DNA of 14,442 bases, from NCBI GenBank assembly GCA_029259115.1, contig JAPDJO010000013.1, positions 1-14,442 on the forward strand, given 5' to 3'. Under the pieces are notes generated by a model that saw nothing but the letters and a program-made list of their open reading frames with translations, was not told the origin of the DNA and did not search any database. The translations under genes and the position numbers were made by a program. Below are positions 7,719 to 14,442 of this stretch, one piece after another. How positions within the stretch are numbered: the first letter of the stretch is position 1; each line of letters starts with the position of its first letter. Source of the DNA: Thermoplasmatota archaeon (lineage in GTDB: Archaea > Thermoplasmatota > E2 > DHVEG-1 > B18-G2).

Positions 7719-8253
7719 AGTTTTTTAAGATCCTTTTGAATAGTTTTGCTATGTTTAACATCAACCCGATGTGGTTCGGTATCTTATCCAATTTTACATG
7801 GCTCTTTTCCTTTTGTTGGGTATTATGTTCGTCATGTTGTTTTTCTTGGTTGTTTGTCGAGTTTATTGGTATATAGACATCTATGACCTTGAAGTTGTCT
7901 GTTATCTTGATTTTAATTTTTCCAATTGCAGTTAATGGATAATGTTGCCACCATATCAAGAAGTATTTGTAGATACCCGCAGGTATGTAAATTAATGTTG
8001 GAGAATAACCCTCTTTATCGGTTATAAACATCTTCCTCGCAAATGGTGGTGTCAGACCTTGCAGTGTAACGACTGCTCCGCTGATTGGATATTTTCTTCC
8101 ATTTATCATAGTATAAAAGTGCAGCTTTACACCAATTGGTGTTGGTTTCTTTTCAGAGTCTACAGAATTTTTGGATGAGACTGTGGATATCAATGGGGAG
8201 ATCACGAGTATAACAGAGAGGAAGATCGCTATATACATCCATTTTCTCTTCAT
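7711..8253 (-). CDS. Secreted protein with carboxypeptidase-regulatory-like (prealbumin-like) beta-sandwich
   Basis: Start re-assigned to ATG 8253 (MKRKWMYIAIFLSVILVISPL, SD GGGGAG). Motif PISGAVVTL...TDKEG....IPAG.Y, then a polar Q/N/E/K linker and an amphipathic tail. Confidence 0.7.
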   Translation of the reverse strand: MKRKWMYIAIFLSVILVISPLISTVSSKNSVDSEKKPTPIGVKLHFYTMINGRKYPISGAVVTLQGLTPPFARKMFITDKEGYSPTLIYIPAGIYKYFLIWWQHYPLTAIGKIKIKITDNFKVIDVYIPINSTNNQEKQHDEHNTQQKEKSHVKLDKIPNHIGLMLNIAKLFKRILKNSL

Positions 8254-8280
8254 ACTCCCCCATAACTCAATGTACCAGGT

Positions 8281-8290
8281 TTTATATAAA
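8281..8290. promoter_or_regulatory. Palindromic TATA box TTTATATAAA between divergent genes
   Basis: Perfect 10-bp palindrome, 28 nt from ATG 8253 (-) and 23 nt from ATG 8313 (+). Confidence 0.6.
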
Positions 8291-8312
8291 TATAATGGTA
8301 TTCTAACAAGAC

Positions 8313-9203
8313 ATGATAGCTTTGGACATTGGTGGAACAAAGACTTTAGCATGGTTTAGCTGCAGAAAAAGAATGGATAAATTTCTACGTTATTCTCATC
8401 TCAATCTGAAAAAAATAAATCATGAAGAAAAGTTCTGTATTTTTGATACAAATTCGATTAACAGAGAAGATGATTTTTTCGAATTTGTATCCCTACTAAA
8501 GTCTGTAGACGAGAATATTATCTCCACGTTTCCAGGAATAGTTGAGATGGAATTGGGCGAAAAACCCAGATTCAAGGTCTTTTCCAAAAGGTTTCCTTTT
8601 CTCATAGGAAATTATCTAGATTTTGATTTCGTTATTAATGATGCCCCGGCATTTACATACTATCATGCATTAAGTTTCTTCAACAGGAAAGAGAATAAAG
8701 ATAAGACCTTACTTGGAGTTGTTATTGGCACAGGGGTAAATGCAGCTTATATGAACTATTGGGACTTCAGGAGGTTGAATTTCATCAATAGGTTCTTCGA
8801 AGCAGGACACATATCATTTGATAGATCTAGTAATACCTGCTTCTGCGGCAGGTCTGGATGTGCCGAACTTTACTTGTCTGGTAGATATTTAGAAAAGTTA
8901 GGTAACGGAGATCCCAGAGAGGTTTTTATGCAAGATGATCTAAAGGAAAAATACTACTCTCGTCTCGCAGATTACATTATATCTTTGATTGTGACGATAT
9001 CTCCTCATGAAATAGTTTTTGGCGGAGGTGTATCGAAAGATTTGAATCTAAAGGATTTGAAGCAAATGGTTGAGAATAACTTCCCTCACAGCAAAATGAA
9101 GCTCAATATAAATTTTAGAAAGGATGTGTCTGCACTTTCGAATGTTAAGGGGCTGATAGAGATCTACAGATCTTTCAGAAGGATAAGAAGATTTTTATAT
9201 TGA
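8313..9203 (+). CDS. ROK-family protein (putative sugar kinase)
   Basis: Motifs ALDIGGT, NDA, GTGV, EAGH, zinc motif CFCGRSGCAE and IVFGGGV; no N-terminal HTH. Confidence 0.9.
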   Translation: MIALDIGGTKTLAWFSCRKRMDKFLRYSHLNLKKINHEEKFCIFDTNSINREDDFFEFVSLLKSVDENIISTFPGIVEMELGEKPRFKVFSKRFPFLIGNYLDFDFVINDAPAFTYYHALSFFNRKENKDKTLLGVVIGTGVNAAYMNYWDFRRLNFINRFFEAGHISFDRSSNTCFCGRSGCAELYLSGRYLEKLGNGDPREVFMQDDLKEKYYSRLADYIISLIVTISPHEIVFGGGVSKDLNLKDLKQMVENNFPHSKMKLNINFRKDVSALSNVKGLIEIYRSFRRIRRFLY

Positions 9204-9223
9204 TTTGTCCTCTATCCGAATGG

Positions 9224-11380
9224 ATGGTGGTGAAGAGAGTATTGATATTGACATTCATCTTGCTAATGGTTTCATTGTCACCCTCTCTACCCTTCTCTAC
9301 TTCTGGAAAGGCACAAGAATATTCAACTTCATGGGTAGATGCTACCTTCGAATTTAGATTTTTGAATGGAACTCATCTGGATCTCAAGTTGAAATTGGAT
9401 GTTCACAATATGACTGTATACAACAGAATCTATGGAGCTGATGAGATAAGGGAAATGTATCATCAAGGAGAAGGGGCAGCATTTAGAGCAAAGATATTCG
9501 ACTACTCCATAGAAGTTTTGGATAAAGTTTTTGATAATTGTAAAATAAATCTTGGTATACCATATGAAGACTCATCTACTCTAAATATACCAAAAGATTC
9601 TGATCTATACAATCCTCCTCTAACTTTCTATATAGACGGGAATGTTACTCTTAGCAGTAATTTTTTTGGTTCTGACATAGAGAACATACAGGACTTTGTT
9701 AATGGTCTTCTTGATATAGGTGCAAGGATTAGATACGACTTCTCTTTCTTCGCGCCGCCGCTATGGAATATATCCTATGTGTTCAAGATACCGGATTATT
9801 TATCTGTTAAGGAAATAAATCGGGGTGATATCTCCATTGATGGAAAGGAAGTGGTGTGGAAGATACAAAACCATAATGGTAAAGATGGAAAGGTCAGAGA
9901 TGGATATTTAGTCATTGAGAAAGTAAATCCAACATCTTATTTTGAAGAAGAAAGTATAAATGCGAACATAACATTTGATATGAGTGAAATAGAAACCACG
10001 CTTCTCGAAGTTTCACTTGATATAAAATCCCTTGATGTATCAAATGTTGTCAGTTTCCCTGATTTTGTAGATGGTATACAATTTCTTCCATCAGATGGTA
10101 TAAGATTGCTAATTGAAAATGGTTTGATTTCATTAGATGATTTGCAAAGCCTCTTGGAGGATAAATGGCTCAAATTCGAAAGAGATTTCATTAGTTCTCT
10201 TGGAAAAAATATAACCTTTGATGTGTATGTAGATGCTAATACCACCACTAACTGTTCTCAACCCTACAATACTTCCTACATGGATACAGATCCTCCATTA
10301 GTTGTTAAAGGTACGGGAAAGATAGAAAAACTATTAGATAATATCTCTACAAGAGCTGTACTTGGAATAATTTATTCTGGTGGAAATGTCAGGATAAATA
10401 AAGATTTGATCGACCTTAGTAAATTGGAATACCCTTTTGAGGCGAAAATTATTCTCCCATATGGAGAAAATTACAGTTGGAATAGGAGTGAGGATCTCAA
10501 TATTAGCTTATCATACGATTTTGCTCTAAATTACACAACCGAGAAAAAAGAAAGACTTGTGGAGATATATGTAAAGGATATAAATCTCGATCTTTTAGAT
10601 ATAGTCACTGGAAAAAGTAATGTTGTAAGTAGATTGGATATCAGGGATGATTTGATTATATATAGAATACATGCCCACTCCCTACTATCTCTTCCGGATT
10701 GGATTGATCTTGAGATAATCAATTCAGATTTGTTCAGATTGCTTATAGAAGAAGGATTGCTAGATGCTGAGTTAGATGGTTTCCTCAAGGAGAGATTAAA
10801 TCTATCTAATGACTTGATGGTCTCTCTCGTTAAGCAAAACAATCTAAAAACATACCTAGATGAAAAAACTTTTGAGGAAAGCCTCTCTTGGGACAGAGAT
10901 ATAAAGAAGATGAGTGACGAAAAACCTATAAGTATTCCGTTTTTCTCGACAGTAACAAAAAAATCAAAGTTTTCCTTCTCTATAATCCCCTTCTCTTTCA
11001 CTATAATGAATGAGAGTTTCGACTGTTTCTCTGTACCTGGAGAAAATGTAACTTATAGGTTTATCTTTCCAAAAGGTGTGGAGGTGAAGTTCAACGACTC
11101 TTTAGGAAGATGTAAAGGAGGCGTACTTGATGATGGAAGAAAGTATATAGAGATAAAATTCTTTGAAAACGATGGATTAGTTGCAACTACCGTATACTAC
11201 TCCTTGAGATTGTCTCCGCTCATGATTATTCTATTATTCCTGCCTATCATAATTATGATTCTTGTAATTGTAATCATAGTATCGATATTAGTTCTGATGG
11301 GTAGGAGACGTAAACTTAGACCAAAAGTACCTGAATATAGAGAGATTTCAGACGAACAGACCAGCAATTTTAGGCAATAA
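9224..11380 (+). CDS. Large membrane-anchored surface glycoprotein with three internal repeats
   Basis: Signal peptide KRVLILTFILLMVSL; C-terminal TM followed by GRRRKLR; about 18 N-X-S/T sequons counted by eye. ATG 9224 lies 24 nt after TTTTATAT (9193-9200); the ORF track starts at TTG 9200. Confidence 0.8.
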   Translation: MVVKRVLILTFILLMVSLSPSLPFSTSGKAQEYSTSWVDATFEFRFLNGTHLDLKLKLDVHNMTVYNRIYGADEIREMYHQGEGAAFRAKIFDYSIEVLDKVFDNCKINLGIPYEDSSTLNIPKDSDLYNPPLTFYIDGNVTLSSNFFGSDIENIQDFVNGLLDIGARIRYDFSFFAPPLWNISYVFKIPDYLSVKEINRGDISIDGKEVVWKIQNHNGKDGKVRDGYLVIEKVNPTSYFEEESINANITFDMSEIETTLLEVSLDIKSLDVSNVVSFPDFVDGIQFLPSDGIRLLIENGLISLDDLQSLLEDKWLKFERDFISSLGKNITFDVYVDANTTTNCSQPYNTSYMDTDPPLVVKGTGKIEKLLDNISTRAVLGIIYSGGNVRINKDLIDLSKLEYPFEAKIILPYGENYSWNRSEDLNISLSYDFALNYTTEKKERLVEIYVKDINLDLLDIVTGKSNVVSRLDIRDDLIIYRIHAHSLLSLPDWIDLEIINSDLFRLLIEEGLLDAELDGFLKERLNLSNDLMVSLVKQNNLKTYLDEKTFEESLSWDRDIKKMSDEKPISIPFFSTVTKKSKFSFSIIPFSFTIMNESFDCFSVPGENVTYRFIFPKGVEVKFNDSLGRCKGGVLDDGRKYIEIKFFENDGLVATTVYYSLRLSPLMIILLFLPIIIMILVIVIIVSILVLMGRRRKLRPKVPEYREISDEQTSNFRQ

Positions 11381-12541
11381 GGAAATCAGTGTCGGGATCT
11401 TCTTTGTCAATGGAAATATTAATCTGGACGGATGATCAATATCACCATATCTATTAATAATCTCGAGAATGTCCCTCCTCTCTAAATACGACAGGAATCT
11501 TTCTATGTCGTTATCTTCCATATTTCTGTACCTCTTTCTGATCCATAGACCGAACAGAATCTCCTTTTTCAATTTTTCAGACCAGCGATCATGATACTTT
11601 TTCAGTCTTCTTTCACTAAAGTCATTTTTCTCAAATGCTTCATTTAGAGTGCTTACACAGGCTCTTGACGCTTCAGCTATTGGATATATGCCTCCACCTG
11701 AAAGAGGTTTGACTTGAAAAGCTGAGTCTCCAATCAGTATAACATTATCGGCAGCACTCCTCTTCATATACCCGAGGGGAATTCTTCCGGCTGTAATGTT
11801 TGTTATCTCTGTATTCTCTAGAAAGTGTCTTGTTGTTGGGTAATTAAATAGATCGTGAAGAAGAGTTTTAGGAGATTTGCTTGGAGGATAAGACATACAC
11901 AACCCTATCCTTGCCTTACTACCTTTTTCATTTATAGGTATAATCCAAGCAAAAAAATCTGGTGTTAGTTTTTTTCCAAAGAAGACGTGTACACTCTTTG
12001 GGTCTACATCTATACCTTCGACTTCAGCCCCTATACCAAATAAAATCTCATCTGGCTCTTGATCAAAAAAAGTCTTTCTTACCATAGACTCTACTCCGTC
12101 TGCTCCAATTACAACATTTGTTTCAAATTCTTTATCTGTGGATTTTACAATAATCCTGCTATTCTCTTTAAAGACTTCCTCGACCTTTGTGTTCAACAGA
12201 TATTCTATACCTCTGTTCTTTGCTATATTGGCCATAAATCTATCGAACTTTGCCCTATCTATAGCATAAGCATGTAGCTTATCCCCGCCTATGTGATATG
12301 TCTTACCTCTTGGAGAATGTATATACGCTCCATATATTCTATTCTGCACGAAATCTAGGTCATCTATGTCAAGATCTAGAATTTCTAAGCTTTTCTTTGA
12401 TACTAGACCTGCGCATTCCGCAGGTTCGCCTATGATACTTCTTTTTTCGATAACAAGTGCATTAATACCTTCTATATCCTTTGCAACTGCATTGCCTGCC
12501 GCGCCTGCGCCAACGATTATTAAATCATAACGTTCTCTCAC
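11348..12541 (-). CDS. Geranylgeranyl reductase-family FAD-dependent oxidoreductase (DGGGPL reductase-like)
   Basis: Motifs YDLIIVGAGAAG, ECAGL, IDRAKFD, IGADG, PDFFAWIIP and IGDSAFQVKPLSGGGI. Confidence 0.9.
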   Translation of the reverse strand: MRERYDLIIVGAGAAGNAVAKDIEGINALVIEKRSIIGEPAECAGLVSKKSLEILDLDIDDLDFVQNRIYGAYIHSPRGKTYHIGGDKLHAYAIDRAKFDRFMANIAKNRGIEYLLNTKVEEVFKENSRIIVKSTDKEFETNVVIGADGVESMVRKTFFDQEPDEILFGIGAEVEGIDVDPKSVHVFFGKKLTPDFFAWIIPINEKGSKARIGLCMSYPPSKSPKTLLHDLFNYPTTRHFLENTEITNITAGRIPLGYMKRSAADNVILIGDSAFQVKPLSGGGIYPIAEASRACVSTLNEAFEKNDFSERRLKKYHDRWSEKLKKEILFGLWIRKRYRNMEDNDIERFLSYLERRDILEIINRYGDIDHPSRLIFPLTKKIPTLISLLPKIAGLFV

Positions 12542-12584
12542 TAGTTTTAAGTAACATAGAAAGATTTATAACTGAAGCGGTAGG

Positions 12585-12833
12585 ATGAAAGAAAAGAATT
12601 TCGACGATTTGTTATGCAGATTTGTAGTTGATGGTAGCGGAAAAAAGATTGGAGAGAGTGTAGCCATTGATGATGATATTCTTATTATAAAAAGAGAGAA
12701 GGGTTTCATTGGGATACCGATAAAACATGTGGAAGATTTAGGGGATTATCTTAAAGTGAAGGGTTTAATAAGTGTAGACAAAGCCGAAGAGTTGGGGAAA
12801 AGATGGGAGGAAAAATATGCAAAGGAAAGATGA
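12585..12833 (+). CDS. Small PRC-barrel-like protein (DUF5749-like)
   Basis: FVVDGSGKKIGESV...IIK......IP...V......V pattern; 17-nt overlap with pth2. Confidence 0.65.
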   Translation: MKEKNFDDLLCRFVVDGSGKKIGESVAIDDDILIIKREKGFIGIPIKHVEDLGDYLKVKGLISVDKAEELGKRWEEKYAKER

Positions 12834-13182
12834 TTACAAAATGGTCATTGTTGTCAGGGATGATCTGAAACTCTCTTCAGGAAAATTAGCTGTACAGGTT
12901 GCACATGCCGCTGTAGAGTGTTCTTTCACGTCAAAAAGAAAGAAACCTAAGTGGTTTAAGATGTGGAAGGAGCAAGGAGCAAAGAAGGTTGTTGTCAGAG
13001 CTAATAGCTTGGATGATCTTCGCGAGCTTAAGGATAAAGCGGAAGGGTTGGGGCTTGTCGCAGAGATTATAAAAGATGCTGGTTTAACAGAAGTACCTCC
13101 TGGAACTGAAACTGTTCTAGGTATAGGGCCTGGACCTTCAAATATAATAGACAAAATTACTGGTAATTTACCCTTACTTTAA
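12817..13182 (+). CDS. pth2: Peptidyl-tRNA hydrolase, archaeal/eukaryotic type
   Basis: Motifs YKMVIVVRDDLKLSSGKLAVQVAHA, KKVV, DAGLTEVPPGTETVLGIGP and IDKITGNLPLL. Confidence 0.97.
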   Translation: MQRKDDYKMVIVVRDDLKLSSGKLAVQVAHAAVECSFTSKRKKPKWFKMWKEQGAKKVVVRANSLDDLRELKDKAEGLGLVAEIIKDAGLTEVPPGTETVLGIGPGPSNIIDKITGNLPLL

Positions 13183-13239
13183 TTTCTTCGGAAAATATTT
13201 ATATATTTTAAAAATTACATTAATCTGAAGGTGAGTTGT

Positions 13240-14175
13240 ATGGGAAGGGGATATGTGGCAATTTTTGCAATCTTCGGAGCCATTGTGATGATATCCTTAG
13301 CGTTTGTACAGCCAGTAACTGCCAAAGAGAGCGGACAAGTTGACATCTTGAGGAAATACGGTGACTACATAGTAACAGCAAAAAATTTGGAGAATAAGTT
13401 GTCATCAGACAGAACTTTAGTTGTTTTATTAGAAAAACTATCTTACAATAAGAAGTTGAGAGATTTGATAGACTGTTTAAACAGCGCAAAGAATCTTGAT
13501 GAAATGAAGATTCTATCAGAAAAATTTGCAAATGCATTGAAGAGTACAAAGGAATATAAACAGATAGAGAGTGTAGTGAAAACAAGGTATAGAAAGGAAA
13601 TAAAAATGTTAGAAGATTTTGTAAAGAAGTTGCAGAATGAACCGAATGATTCAGAGAAACTCATGAATGCATTATTACAAAAAGTAGGTATTAGGGATAG
13701 AATAGGAGATGATCTTTACGCAATGGAAGCGGAGCCATATAGGAATTCCTATTCGATTAAGTCAACATATCAAACTCAAGCAAAATCCTCTATTAAACCT
13801 CTCGATGGAAACATGCATAAAAAATTGGGTGCATCAGGATCTATTAAATTCGATAAGCATAGTGATAGACCAGGTCATGAAGCCGTATCAACGCATGTAA
13901 CAGCAAAACTAGATATGAACGGAAACGTGTATTACTGGGTACCTGGATATGGATGGGTGAATCCAGCCTGCCTGGGATCACTGTGGCTCATTATAGTGAT
14001 ATTCCTAGCACTTTTCTCCATCTGGAGTCTTTTCACTCACAACTGGATTCTTTTCTTCATATGCTGGACTCTCGCTGCTTGGCATTACAAGAGGGGACAT
14101 GTTCTGAGAGGTAAGTGGTGGGAATTTTGGGCGACATTCTGGTTCTTCAGAATACAAGATGTCGTCCTCCCCTAA
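13240..14175 (+). CDS. Secreted or membrane hypothetical protein: signal peptide, charged helical region, Trp-rich hydrophobic C-terminus
   Basis: SD AGGTGA (13229-13234) favours ATG 13240; signal peptide ends VQPVTA; TTTATATA box at 13198-13205. Confidence 0.75.
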   Translation: MGRGYVAIFAIFGAIVMISLAFVQPVTAKESGQVDILRKYGDYIVTAKNLENKLSSDRTLVVLLEKLSYNKKLRDLIDCLNSAKNLDEMKILSEKFANALKSTKEYKQIESVVKTRYRKEIKMLEDFVKKLQNEPNDSEKLMNALLQKVGIRDRIGDDLYAMEAEPYRNSYSIKSTYQTQAKSSIKPLDGNMHKKLGASGSIKFDKHSDRPGHEAVSTHVTAKLDMNGNVYYWVPGYGWVNPACLGSLWLIIVIFLALFSIWSLFTHNWILFFICWTLAAWHYKRGHVLRGKWWEFWATFWFFRIQDVVLP

Positions 14176-14230
14176 TTTATATTTTATATTCTGAAAAAGA
14201 GTTTTTATTAATGGTTTGCTTTCTTTTACT

Positions 14231-14442
14231 GTGATCAAAAAACAGATTCGTATCCTTGGAATAGACGATGGCCCCTTTCGTTTTGATCAGAAGAAAACGT
14301 TAGTTATTGGCGTTGTGCTGAGAGGTAATGGGTATTTAGAAGGTGTATTGAAAAGAGAGATAGAGGTAGATGGTAAAGATTCAACTGATGTGATTCTAGA
14401 TATGATAAAGAAAACTAGACATAGAGATCAGATCAGAGTGAT
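14231..14442 (+). CDS. DUF99 / UPF0215 family (endonuclease V-like) protein, runs off the window end
   Basis: Not in the ORF track. My translation from GTG 14231: MIKKQIRILGIDDGPFRFDQKKTLVIGVVLRGNGYLEGVLKREIEVDGKDSTDVILDMIKKTRHRDQIRV, with the LGIDD.PF and VDG.D.T signatures. TTTATTAA box at 14204-14211. Confidence 0.88.
   Translation, partial: MIKKQIRILGIDDGPFRFDQKKTLVIGVVLRGNGYLEGVLKREIEVDGKDSTDVILDMIKKTRHRDQIRV

Noticed and set aside
9937-11001. Minus-strand ORFs 9937-10248 and 10531-11001
   Set aside because: Ser/Ile/Phe-rich mirror frames of an Asp/Glu/Lys-rich gene.
13192-13209. Inverted repeat aaaatat-N4-atatttt around a TATA box
   Set aside because: Purely AT in an AT-rich spacer, so expected by chance; no second copy noticed.
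12059-14238. Short ORFs 12059-12277, 12834-13154, 13220-13585, 13443-13664, 13709-13900 and 14005-14238 (the last as a possible immunity gene)
   Set aside because: All overlap better-supported genes and lack motifs or clear translation signals.
1-14442. CRISPR arrays, tRNA/rRNA genes, transposases or integrases, and DGR-type template/variable repeats
   Set aside because: Intergenic gaps are all under about 100 nt, no long nucleotide repeats were seen by eye, and there are no RT, Cas or recombinase motifs. A computational self-alignment would be needed to exclude subtle repeats.

Overview
Gene-dense, AT-rich archaeal chromosomal window. Gene content and TATA-box, mostly leaderless promoter layout suggest Thermoplasmatota; this is inference, not searched. 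Housekeeping genes: pfdB, uppS, a GT4/PIG-A-like glycosyltransferase, ahcY, a ROK-family kinase, a geranylgeranyl reductase-family enzyme, pth2 and a 3'-truncated DUF99 gene missing from the ORF track. These are interspersed with uncharacterised secreted or membrane proteins. Main points of interest: (1) a three-gene module (wHTH regulator, small membrane protein, secreted protein) with phased CC(C/G)AA(A/T)T direct repeats both inside the regulator's 3' end and next to the secreted gene's TATA box; (2) an abrupt junction near 1190-1205 where a higher-GC beta-helix gene ends early and an Lrp/AsnC gene lacks its first helix; (3) a secreted precursor-like protein with a Trp-rich hydrophobic C-terminal module; (4) a 726-aa, three-repeat, sequon-rich membrane-anchored surface protein. 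No CRISPR array, tRNA/rRNA gene or mobile element was recognised by eye.
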